Source: Patescibacteria group bacterium (lineage in GTDB: Bacteria > Patescibacteriota > Minisyncoccia > Phycocordibacterales > UBA1550). From it: a stretch of DNA of 64,000 nucleotides. The stretch spans positions 1,352 through 65,351 of the forward strand of contig JBBTUT010000003.1 of NCBI GenBank assembly GCA_038063615.1. The letters are read 5' to 3'. Each line of letters opens with the position of its first letter. The stretch's first letter is position 1. Below the pieces are notes generated by a model. The model saw only the letters and a program-made list of their open reading frames with translations. It ran no database searches and was not told the origin of the DNA. The position numbers and the translations under genes are program-made. This document shows, piece by piece, positions 54,557-62,985 of this stretch.

Positions 54557-56215
54557 ATGTCCGTTACGGTACTTGCAATTGTGCAAAATATTTCGATTGA
54601 GGGATGGGGTGTCTCGGCTGCGGGACTGCTCGCGGTATTTTTTTCGAGCATTGTCTTTTGGCAGGATCCTGCGAAGCGCAGTAACAGAACTTTTTTATTT
54701 TTTGGGGCGGCTGTCAGCGTGTGGGGCATTGCGTTCGCGGTCTTCACGGGGACATACGGCACTCCCGCTATCCATGGCGCGCTGTCGATGATTTATCTTG
54801 TCGCGCCACTCGTGCCTCTCTCGCTATTCCTTTTTTTGTATGATTTTTCAATAAAAGGAAGCCCATTTTCATTTTGGAAATTTGCTGGAATTTTCACTCC
54901 TTATTTGTGTCTTGCGGGATTGCTTTCTATTCCCAATTTCATCACCGGTTACGACGAAACGCTGGATGGTGGCTTGGGGGGCAGGGTTTTTGGAAAAGGA
55001 TACCCGATCTATAGCTTCTACATGCTCGCATTCCTTTCTGCGGGGGTCATTGTCCTCATTAAAAAATATCGCGAGAGTGCGGGGATATTCAAATTTGCAA
55101 TCAGAAATATTCTGCTTGCGTTTTTCGCGATGAGCGTTCTTGCTACCACGGTGATGCTCCTTTTTCCTCTTTTTTGGGTAGGGTACGACTTGTTTTGGGT
55201 CGGGCTCCTCGGCGTAATCATCTTTGAGTTTGTCATCGCACTCATCCTTATCAAATATAATTTTTTGAGCTTGAAGGTCATTGCGACCGAGTTTTTCATT
55301 TCAATCATTGCTCTGGTTTTGGTTGTGGAGCTTTTCCTCGCGACTTCGACGCTCGACTTGCTCATCAAGGCGGGTATCGCGATGCTCATTATTTTTTCAA
55401 GTTCATTTCTCGTCGGAAGCATCAAGCGCGAGATCCAGTCCAGCGACAAAATCGCGCGCCTCTTGGGCGACCTCGACTATATGCACAAACAGCTCAAGGT
55501 GCTCGACAAGAAAAAGTCTGATTTCCTCTCTATCGCTTCACACCACTTGCGCGATCCGCTGACCGCTATCAGGGGGTATGCCTCGATGCTCACCGAGGGT
55601 TCCTTTGGTGAGCTCTCGGTATCCTTGAGAGAAGCTGTTGAAAAAATCCTCGATTCGAGCGAACGCCTCATCACGATGATCTCTGATTTTATGGATATTT
55701 CGCGCATCGAGAGCGGGGATATGAATTATAAGTTTGTTGATGTCGATATGAAGAAGCTGGTGCTCGACCTTGCTGATGAAATGAAGTTCAACGCCGAGCG
55801 CGCACATCTTGGGTTTAATGTTGCGGTAGGCAAGGACTTGTTGAAAGATGAATCGTTCGTGACGGTGGGAGATGCGGGCAAGTTGCGTCAAGTGGTTTCA
55901 AATATCATTGATAACTCGATCAAATACACTCCGCAGGGTGAACTGTCGCTCCTGCTTTCCAAGAGTCCGGACCGAAAGAAAATACTTTTCAGTGTCTCGG
56001 ATACGGGTATCGGCATGAATGCAAGCACGCTCGAAAAGATTTTCAGAAAATTCAGCCGTGCCGATGGGGTAAGCAAAGTCTATACCGAGGGCACCGGTCT
56101 GGGTCTCTATGTGGCAAAGGAGATCATCAAAAAACACGAAGGGCGCATCTGGGCGGAGTCCAAAGGCGAGGGTATGGGTTCGAGTTTCTATATGGAGTTG
56201 GAGGCGAAGGTGTAG
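54557..56215 (+). CDS. Membrane sensor histidine kinase (second copy)
   Basis: H-box SIASHHLRDPLTAIRGY. N, G1 (DTGIGM) and G2 (GTGLGLYVA) boxes. GGCGTGGTATACT box directly upstream; likely leaderless. Confidence 0.8.
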   Translation: MSVTVLAIVQNISIEGWGVSAAGLLAVFFSSIVFWQDPAKRSNRTFLFFGAAVSVWGIAFAVFTGTYGTPAIHGALSMIYLVAPLVPLSLFLFLYDFSIKGSPFSFWKFAGIFTPYLCLAGLLSIPNFITGYDETLDGGLGGRVFGKGYPIYSFYMLAFLSAGVIVLIKKYRESAGIFKFAIRNILLAFFAMSVLATTVMLLFPLFWVGYDLFWVGLLGVIIFEFVIALILIKYNFLSLKVIATEFFISIIALVLVVELFLATSTLDLLIKAGIAMLIIFSSSFLVGSIKREIQSSDKIARLLGDLDYMHKQLKVLDKKKSDFLSIASHHLRDPLTAIRGYASMLTEGSFGELSVSLREAVEKILDSSERLITMISDFMDISRIESGDMNYKFVDVDMKKLVLDLADEMKFNAERAHLGFNVAVGKDLLKDESFVTVGDAGKLRQVVSNIIDNSIKYTPQGELSLLLSKSPDRKKILFSVSDTGIGMNASTLEKIFRKFSRADGVSKVYTEGTGLGLYVAKEIIKKHEGRIWAESKGEGMGSSFYMELEAKV

Positions 56216-56300
56216 GGAGGGGTAAAAAAGTTTTTATGGCCGAGCTTGCGCCCAAGGCGTGAACCTGCTGATTCAGAATCAGCTGATTCGAAGTGGAAAG
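56216..56300. repeat. Copy of the 85-nt element immediately after the kinase stop codon
   Basis: See 52801-52885. Confidence 0.7.
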
Positions 56301-56340
56301 TATGGTGTAGGAGCCGGCAAGAAGGAGATACAAAAAAACA

Positions 56341-56360
56341 CGGAGAACTTTTGTTCTCCG
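56341..56360. terminator. Hairpin cggagaac-tttt-gttctccg
   Basis: Perfect 8-nt stem. Confidence 0.5.
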
Positions 56361-56396
56361 TGAGAATGATCTAGTTTCCGCGAAATTCAGACATGG

Positions 56397-56573
56397 TTAC
56401 CGTCCGGCTAATTTTTTTCGGAATTCCTCGCGCCCATGGAGCAATCCTTTCATGTATTCTTCATTGTCTTTTTCCTGTGCCTTACCTTTTGGTATAGGGT
56501 AAGGTGGTTTAGACGGCAACCCATTACTACCATCGTTGAAACCTTTTCCCCTAGGACTCTTTTTTTGGTTCAT
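56397..56573 (-). CDS. Hypothetical small protein (58 aa) with strong Shine-Dalgarno
   Basis: Minus-strand ATG preceded by AAGGAGGAGAAAA. Translates MNQKKSPRGKGFNDGSNGLPSKPPYPIPKGKAQEKDNEEYMKGLLHGREEFRKKLAGR. Confidence 0.3.
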   Translation of the reverse strand: MNQKKSPRGKGFNDGSNGLPSKPPYPIPKGKAQEKDNEEYMKGLLHGREEFRKKLAGR

Positions 56574-56683
56574 TTTTCTCCTCCTTTGTTTTTTGTACGA
56601 TTTAACATCCTCAGTGTATTCTACATACGAAATAATAAAATGTCAATATCTCCGCAATTTCATTTTTCTGCTATTATACAGAA

Positions 56684-57019
56684 ATGAATCCCGTTAGAGA
56701 TTCCCTGCCCACTTTCGCCAGAACACAAATTTGAGCTCAAGTGATGGCGGGCGGGCTCAGTTATGTATTATGTTTATGTTATTCAGAATGACAAAGGTAC
56801 ATGGTATACTGGCAGCACAGGAGACCTACGGAAACGCTTGAGGGAGCATAACACTGGCAGGTCAACTTGGACAAAAGGTAAGGGGGCGTGGGAGGTTATT
56901 TATTACGAAGCATGTCTTAATGAGCAAGATGCTCGGTCGAGAGAAATGTATTTAAAATCGGGAATGGGTAAGCGCTATCTAAAAACTAGACTCAAGCGTT
57001 TCCTATCTCTAACGGGATG
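56684..57019. mobile_element. GIY-YIG nuclease-encoding element with 12-nt terminal inverted repeats TCCCGTTAGAGA/TCTCTAACGGGA, flanked by ATGAA/ATGAAAA, on the trpS start codon
   Basis: atgaaTCCCGTTAGAGA ... TCTCTAACGGGatgaaaaag. The nuclease stop TGA overlaps the trpS ATG (gggATGA). Gene-less derivative at 33040-33149. Confidence 0.7.
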
Positions 57020-57020
57020 A
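56763..57020 (+). CDS. GIY-YIG nuclease domain protein (UPF0213-like, 85 aa)
   Basis: MYYVYVIQNDKGTWYTGSTGDLRKRLREHN matches the GIY...YIG motif. Confidence 0.75.
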   Translation: MYYVYVIQNDKGTWYTGSTGDLRKRLREHNTGRSTWTKGKGAWEVIYYEACLNEQDARSREMYLKSGMGKRYLKTRLKRFLSLTG

Positions 57021-57988
57021 AAAAGACGCTGCTTTCGGGGGTCAAGCCGACGGGTACGGCTCATATCGGCAACTATTTTGGCGCGATGCGCCAGTTTGTG
57101 GATTTTCAGGATGAGTACCGTCAGTTTATTTTTATTGCAAACTATCACGCGCTCACGAGCGTGTCTGATGGCGCGCTTTTGCGCAAGCTTTCGCTCGAGC
57201 TCGCGATGGACTATCTCGCTGTCGGCGTCGACCCGAAAAAAACGACGATGTTCCTCCAGTCTGATGTGCCCGAGGTGACCGAGCTCGCGTGGATATTCAA
57301 CACCATCACGACGGTGCCGTACCTCATGCGCGCGCATGCGTACAAAGACGCCGAGGCGAAAAACAAAGAGGTGAATGTCGGGCTTTTTGATTACCCTATT
57401 CTCATGGCGGCGGATATTTTGATATACGGCGCGGATGTCGTGCCCGTCGGTCTCGACCAGAAACAGCACATCGAGATCGCGCGCGATACGGCGCAAAAAT
57501 TCAATCGCACATTTGGCGAGACATTCACCGTGCCCGAACCACTCATTCTCGAAGAGGTGCAGACTATCATGGGCACCGACGGGCGCAAGATGAGCAAGAG
57601 CTATGGAAACGGGATTGGACTTTTTGCTTCAGATGAGGAGATCCGAAAAGCGGTGATGAGTATCCCGACTGATTCAAAAGGGGTAGAAGAACCGAAAGAC
57701 CCGGAGGTCTGCAAGGTATTTTATTTCCACAAATTGGTGAGTGGCAATGATTTGGAAAGTATCCGCGCACGCTACCTCGCGGGGGGCATTGGGTATAAAG
57801 AGTCGAAAGATATTTTGTTCGAGAATATGCGCGCATTCATCGCGCCGATGCGCGCGCGGAGAGATGAGATCGCGCGCGACCCGGAGGCGGTCATCCGCAT
57901 TCTCCGCGAGGGGGGAGAGGTCGCGCGGGCGGAAGCGCGAAAGAAAATGAATGAGGTGCGGGAGAAGGCGGGGCTGATATTAAAATAA
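57017..57988 (+). CDS. trpS: Tryptophanyl-tRNA synthetase
   Basis: Class I motifs TGTAHIGNYFG (HIGH-like) and KMSKS. 323 aa. Confidence 0.9.
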   Translation: MKKTLLSGVKPTGTAHIGNYFGAMRQFVDFQDEYRQFIFIANYHALTSVSDGALLRKLSLELAMDYLAVGVDPKKTTMFLQSDVPEVTELAWIFNTITTVPYLMRAHAYKDAEAKNKEVNVGLFDYPILMAADILIYGADVVPVGLDQKQHIEIARDTAQKFNRTFGETFTVPEPLILEEVQTIMGTDGRKMSKSYGNGIGLFASDEEIRKAVMSIPTDSKGVEEPKDPEVCKVFYFHKLVSGNDLESIRARYLAGGIGYKESKDILFENMRAFIAPMRARRDEIARDPEAVIRILREGGEVARAEARKKMNEVREKAGLILK

Positions 57989-57993
57989 ATACC

Positions 57994-58257
57994 ATGGGAT
58001 TTTTGGAAAGAATTATAAATAGAACAGAAAAGCTGATCAATCCGAAGCAACATTCGTTCGATATCAAGCAGTCGGCGCAGACAGAGCTCATACAAAAGGC
58101 GGGCGGAGATGATTTCGCGGGGACTTGGATCGATGCGAATGGAAGACGGTTTGAAGAGCTGGTAAATGACCCGAGGTACAACTTTATCGAACGACTGGGG
58201 GATGAGAAGACGCACGCCGAGGCGCTCAAAGAGATAGATAGTAAACTTTATCACTAA
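57994..58257 (+). CDS. Hypothetical small protein (87 aa)
   Basis: ORF only. Confidence 0.3.
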   Translation: MGFLERIINRTEKLINPKQHSFDIKQSAQTELIQKAGGDDFAGTWIDANGRRFEELVNDPRYNFIERLGDEKTHAEALKEIDSKLYH

Positions 58258-58263
58258 CGGGGA

Positions 58264-58314
58264 TAGAATGTTGAATATCGAATATCGAATATTGAATATG
58301 GAATGGGGAATGGG
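58264..58314. repeat. Heptamer repeat block gaatgttgaatatcgaatatcgaatattgaatatggaatggggaatggg
   Basis: Same unit family as 4779-4912 and 6127-6210. Confidence 0.85.
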
Positions 58315-58348
58315 TACGCTAACTTTATTAACTTTACAAACTAAATTC

Positions 58349-59686
58349 ATGGAACGCACATACATAAAAGATTTAAAGGAGCACATAGGTACGGAAGTTG
58401 TTGTCGCTGGCTGGGTGGATATTCGCCGCGACCACGGCAAGCTCATTTTTCTCGACCTCCGCGATATGTCCGGCAAGGTGCAGATGGTAGCGCTCCCGAA
58501 CCATCCCGAGGCTGTAGCTCTCGCCAGCACGGTGCGTTCCGAATGGGTCATCGAGGTGCGCGGCATGGTGAATGCGCGCCCGCCGAAGATGGTGAAAGAG
58601 GGTGTGTTGAATGGCGAGCTTGAGATCGAGATGCTTGAGGTCAAAGTGCTTTGCAAAGCGCAGGAGCTTCCTTTTGAGCTCGGCACAGAACTTAATCTCG
58701 ATACCTATCTCGACAATCTTCCGCTAACGCTTCGCGAAGAAAAAGCGCATGCGGTGTTCAAGGTGCAGGCAATGATTATTCACGCATTCCGTAATTTTCT
58801 CGTTGGCGAGGGCTTCACCGAGTTTCAAGCACCGAAGCTCATTGGTGAGGATGCCGAGGGCGGCGCAAACTCGTTTAATGTGGAATATTTTGGTCATACC
58901 GCGCACCTTGCGCAGAGTCCACAGCTCTACAAACAAATAATGGTCGGCGTGTTTGAGCGCGTGTTTACGACGGGCAATGTATACCGCGCAGAAAAGCACA
59001 GCACAACGCGACATATCAATGAATACACGAGCCTCGACATAGAGATGGGATTCATCAAAGACCATACTGATGTGATGAATATGGAAAATCGAATTCTTGC
59101 CTATATCGTGAAAGAGCTCAAAGAAAAATGCTCTGATGAATTTGCACTTTTTGGTGCCACAATACCCGAAGTGCCGGAGAAAATTCCCGCAATGAAACTC
59201 CGTGAAGCGCAGGAAATCATCAAGAAAGAAACAGGGGAGGACTGCACAAAAGAGCTCGACCTCGAGCCGGCACACGAGCGCTTCCTTTGCGAATATGCGA
59301 AGAAAGAATTCAATTCAGATTTTATTTTTATCACGCATTTCCCAATTTCAAAGCGACCATTCTATACTTATGAGGATGAAAATGACATTGGCTATGCAAA
59401 GGGCGGAGACCTGCTTTTCCGCGGTGTTGAGATCACTACGCTCGCACAACGCATCCACGACTACGACACTCTCGTCGCGTCGATGAAGACAAAAGGCCTC
59501 GACCCTGAAAAATTCCGCTTCTACCTGCAAGCCTTCAAGTATGGTATGCCTCCGCATGGCGGCTTTGGTCTCGGCCTCGAGCGCCTCACCGCAAAGCTCC
59601 TCGGCCTCGAAAATGTGAAAGAAGCGACTTTGTTCCCCCGCGACCTGAATCGGATTGATACCTTGTTGTCGACTAAATTGGGATAA
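58349..59686 (+). CDS. aspS: Aspartyl-tRNA synthetase, archaeal/eukaryotic type (probably non-discriminating)
   Basis: EYFGHTAHLAQSPQLYKQ, YRAEKHSTTRHINEY, FRFYLQAFKYGMPPHGGFGLGLERL, LFPRD match archaeal-type AspRS. ORF-track start at 58268 reads through the repeat block. Confidence 0.8.
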   Translation: MERTYIKDLKEHIGTEVVVAGWVDIRRDHGKLIFLDLRDMSGKVQMVALPNHPEAVALASTVRSEWVIEVRGMVNARPPKMVKEGVLNGELEIEMLEVKVLCKAQELPFELGTELNLDTYLDNLPLTLREEKAHAVFKVQAMIIHAFRNFLVGEGFTEFQAPKLIGEDAEGGANSFNVEYFGHTAHLAQSPQLYKQIMVGVFERVFTTGNVYRAEKHSTTRHINEYTSLDIEMGFIKDHTDVMNMENRILAYIVKELKEKCSDEFALFGATIPEVPEKIPAMKLREAQEIIKKETGEDCTKELDLEPAHERFLCEYAKKEFNSDFIFITHFPISKRPFYTYEDENDIGYAKGGDLLFRGVEITTLAQRIHDYDTLVASMKTKGLDPEKFRFYLQAFKYGMPPHGGFGLGLERLTAKLLGLENVKEATLFPRDLNRIDTLLSTKLG

Positions 59687-59708
59687 AGTACCTAACCATG
59701 TTGGTATT

Positions 59709-60254
59709 ATGTTAAACAAAATTAATAAAAACCAAGGAATCCCAGCTCTTTTTGCACTGATCTTGTCTGGCGCAACTTTCTTTTTCTCCGATCAAAAATG
59801 GTGGGTTCTAGTTATTATTATGATAACTATTTTGCTTATGGTCAGTATTCATTTGTATGAAAAAAGGAAGCCAAAAAATTTCAAAGACACACAAAAAGCA
59901 TCTAGAATTCTCTTTGTTGATGACAAGGAGTGTCAAATTGTAACAAATCTACGGCGGAATAATTTTGATGTTAGAAAAATCGATGACATTTTATCACCGG
60001 CGACGGACATTGATGTGCAGTGGGCGAATATAATTTTTGTTGATTATAAAGATGTTGGTAAAAAACTTTGTGGCAAAAAAGAAGGGCTTGGGCTCATCAG
60101 TGAATTGAAGCGTGTTTATGGAGACAAAAAACGCTATATTATTTATTCATCAGTGCAGGATTTTGACGGGCTGGTCGAATTTCCTTATATTAGGAAAAAT
60201 GCCTCTTATGATGAGTTTATTTCATTAATTACCGCAGAAATAACCAAATTATGA
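59709..60254 (+). CDS. Hypothetical membrane protein with REC-like cytoplasmic domain
   Basis: Two TM helices, then ILFVDDKECQIV... resembling a receiver-domain start. Confidence 0.3.
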   Translation: MLNKINKNQGIPALFALILSGATFFFSDQKWWVLVIIMITILLMVSIHLYEKRKPKNFKDTQKASRILFVDDKECQIVTNLRRNNFDVRKIDDILSPATDIDVQWANIIFVDYKDVGKKLCGKKEGLGLISELKRVYGDKKRYIIYSSVQDFDGLVEFPYIRKNASYDEFISLITAEITKL

Positions 60255-61252
60255 TTTGCTTGAAGGTTACAGTTCCAACCAGCGGTGTGGTAGTGAATTC
60301 ATTTCCAGATGACTTTACTGTGCCAAAACAAGAAAGTCAAAAGAACAAAAAGTCTCGTTATTTTCGTAAAAATACCTCATTCGGTATTTTGGAATTTTTG
60401 TTGATTGAAGAGGAGAGAGTCGCTAATAGCAATAAGGTCTTCAATGCTTTTGTCGTTGCAATCGAAACGGCGTTAGAAAAATCTATCTCCCATAATTTAG
60501 AAAAAGCTCGGGAGATGGCAGATGATTACCTCCATAATATAATAAAGATCCACGGGAATCAGAAAAGTATAGTAGAACGATGTGTCTTTGGGGCGGAAGG
60601 ACAGGAAAGTTATACCGATTTTGTTTCAGTGGTTAAAGAAAATGTGCAAAGAAACCCTGATATGTTCGCTGAAGATATTTGCGCTCTTTCGAAGGAGATA
60701 AGATTGGTAGATTACCACATCGGTGGCTACAATCTCCTTCGTGACGCATCTTCAAGAGTTACGATTACAGATAACCATAACCTCAAGAAGTTTTTACTCG
60801 GACTTTCTCATTTGTTTTTCGAGTTTTTTAGAAAGAACAATGTGGTGGTGAGTCTTCATGATATTAGCGAAAGTTTTCTTTGCTCCTTTGAATATGAGAC
60901 ATTTAATATTGCAATGCATAGCTTTCTTGAAAACACGGTTAAGTACTCAAAACCCTATTCTAGAATAATAGTTTATACACGGACTGAGTCAGGTGAGTTA
61001 ATATTTCAAATGGAAAGTGTTCGCATTGAGAAAGATGAAATTATTAAGATCTTTGAAAGAGGGGTTTTTGGTCGCTGTGTGCCGGAAGATTTGAGAGGAA
61101 GTGGTATTGGTATGTATCAATTAAAAAAAGCTTTGGATAGGAGTAGGATATCAGTTACTGTTTCTCCGGATCATTCCCAAAGCTCGGAAGTGAACGGAGT
61201 TAGATATACAAAAAATACTTTTTCTTTTCGTTTTCCAAAATACTCGAACTAA
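60251..61252 (+). CDS. Histidine-kinase-like ATPase domain protein (non-canonical)
   Basis: C-terminal HATPase_c-like region (LENTVKYSKP...GSGIGMYQLK). Confidence 0.4.
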   Translation: MICLKVTVPTSGVVVNSFPDDFTVPKQESQKNKKSRYFRKNTSFGILEFLLIEEERVANSNKVFNAFVVAIETALEKSISHNLEKAREMADDYLHNIIKIHGNQKSIVERCVFGAEGQESYTDFVSVVKENVQRNPDMFAEDICALSKEIRLVDYHIGGYNLLRDASSRVTITDNHNLKKFLLGLSHLFFEFFRKNNVVVSLHDISESFLCSFEYETFNIAMHSFLENTVKYSKPYSRIIVYTRTESGELIFQMESVRIEKDEIIKIFERGVFGRCVPEDLRGSGIGMYQLKKALDRSRISVTVSPDHSQSSEVNGVRYTKNTFSFRFPKYSN

Positions 61253-61323
61253 GTGCTATTTTATAAGTACTGTTGGTATGTTTTGTATTAAAAAACGATT
61301 GGCGGTATACTGAGCTTGTTAAT

Positions 61324-62985
61324 ATGTCCAAATTAAAAGATACCCCCATTGTTGATAGACCCCGAGAAAAATTCTTGGAAAAGGGTGCCGACGCGCTTAC
61401 CAAGAGCGAGCTTTTGGCCATTCTTCTCGGAAGTGGTATCAAGGGAACGAATGTCAAAAAACTTTCCGAGCAAATTCTCAGAAAATTCGGGAAAAAGTTT
61501 TTTGATGTGACGGTTGACGATCTTTGCCAGGTTAACGGAATAGGGCAGGCGAAAGCTTTGCAAATAGTTTCCGCGATTTCTCTGACAAAAAGAATTTATG
61601 AGGAACAAAAACCTCAAGAAAATCTGGTGCTTTCCGCAAACGATGCCGCTTTGCTTGTTTCCGATTTAAAAAATAAAAAACAGGAGCATCTCGTTTGTTT
61701 GTATTTAAACGCTCGGAATGTTTTGCTTCAAAAAGAAACTGTTTCAATCGGAACGCTCGACAGAAGCATCGTGCATCCGAGAGAAATTTTTGCTCCCGGA
61801 TTGAAATTGCACGCAGCGGGGGTAATTTTGATTCACAACCATCCGTCCGGCGATCCGACTCCAAGCAATCAAGACAAAGAGATTGCTTGGAAAGTCGTGG
61901 AAGCTGGGAAATTGATGGGCGTTAATGTTATTGATTTTATTATTGTTGCGGAAAACGGCATTCACAGTGTTTTGGGTGAAATAAAGAAAAAAAAGGATTT
62001 TTCAAGTGTCGAGTATGTCGCGGACGGCGAGCAAGCGTCTTTGTTCGACATGTTGGTGGATGAAAGATCTTTTATGAGCTACAAAGTGTCAGCACTGCAA
62101 AAAGCGACGAGCAAAAATGACAAAATAAAAGTTATAGATCTGTTCGCGGGGATAGGGGGCTTTCATTTGGCATTTCACAATGCTGGGGCGGAGTGCGTGT
62201 TTGCTTCCGAGTGGGATACTCCGGCGCGTAAAACTTACCAGCATAATCTTTACAACATATCCCCGGAACTTTTTGACTCGGGAAGTTTTGTCGGCGATAT
62301 TACAAAAGTCAATCCAAAAGATATACCCGATTTCAATATTTTATGCGCAGGGTTCCCGTGCCAGCCGTTTTCGCAAGCGGGTTTTAAAAAGGGGTTCAAC
62401 GAAACAAAAGGGACGCTTTTCTTTGATATCGTAAACATAATCAACGAGAAAAAACCCCAAGCGTTTTTCTTAGAAAATGTTCGGCATTTGTTTAAGCACG
62501 ATAACGGTCGCACATTTGAAACAATAAAAAAAATTATTGAAGAAGATTTGGGGTATTCTTTTTTCTATAAAATAATTAAGGCTTCCGACTATGGATTACC
62601 GCAACACAGGCCACGCCTTTTTATGGTTGGGTTCAAAGATAAAAGTATAGATTTTAAGTTTCCGGATCCAGTACCGTTGAAATATACGCTTTCGGATGTT
62701 TTTGGTGGAAAATGCGAAAAAGATGTCGGCTTTACTCTCCGCGTAGGTGGTCGTGGCAGTAGAATTGAGGATAGGCACAACTGGGATGCGTATATTGTTG
62801 ACGGAAAGGCCAGAAGGCTCGGTTCGAAAGAGGGAATAAAGATGCAAGGATTTCCCAACGATTTCGAGTTCCCTGTTACAGAGGTTCAAGCTATGAAGCA
62901 ACTGGGAAATTCTGTTGCGGTTCCCGCCATACAAATGGTGGCGGAGGAAATCGTCAAACAACTTAAAAAACATGGAAAACAATAA
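61324..62985 (+). CDS. RadC-like JAB/MPN domain fused to DNA (cytosine-5)-methyltransferase
   Basis: N-terminus has HhH and JAMM motif (HNHPSGDPTPSNQD). C-terminus has C5-MTase motifs I (DLFAGIGGF), IV (GFPCQPFS), ENV and QLGNSVAVP. One continuous ORF. Confidence 0.7.
   Translation: MSKLKDTPIVDRPREKFLEKGADALTKSELLAILLGSGIKGTNVKKLSEQILRKFGKKFFDVTVDDLCQVNGIGQAKALQIVSAISLTKRIYEEQKPQENLVLSANDAALLVSDLKNKKQEHLVCLYLNARNVLLQKETVSIGTLDRSIVHPREIFAPGLKLHAAGVILIHNHPSGDPTPSNQDKEIAWKVVEAGKLMGVNVIDFIIVAENGIHSVLGEIKKKKDFSSVEYVADGEQASLFDMLVDERSFMSYKVSALQKATSKNDKIKVIDLFAGIGGFHLAFHNAGAECVFASEWDTPARKTYQHNLYNISPELFDSGSFVGDITKVNPKDIPDFNILCAGFPCQPFSQAGFKKGFNETKGTLFFDIVNIINEKKPQAFFLENVRHLFKHDNGRTFETIKKIIEEDLGYSFFYKIIKASDYGLPQHRPRLFMVGFKDKSIDFKFPDPVPLKYTLSDVFGGKCEKDVGFTLRVGGRGSRIEDRHNWDAYIVDGKARRLGSKEGIKMQGFPNDFEFPVTEVQAMKQLGNSVAVPAIQMVAEEIVKQLKKHGKQ

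Noticed and set aside
56436-56687. 83-aa plus-strand ORF
   Set aside because: Antisense to the SD-supported small minus-strand ORF and low-complexity. Likely spurious.
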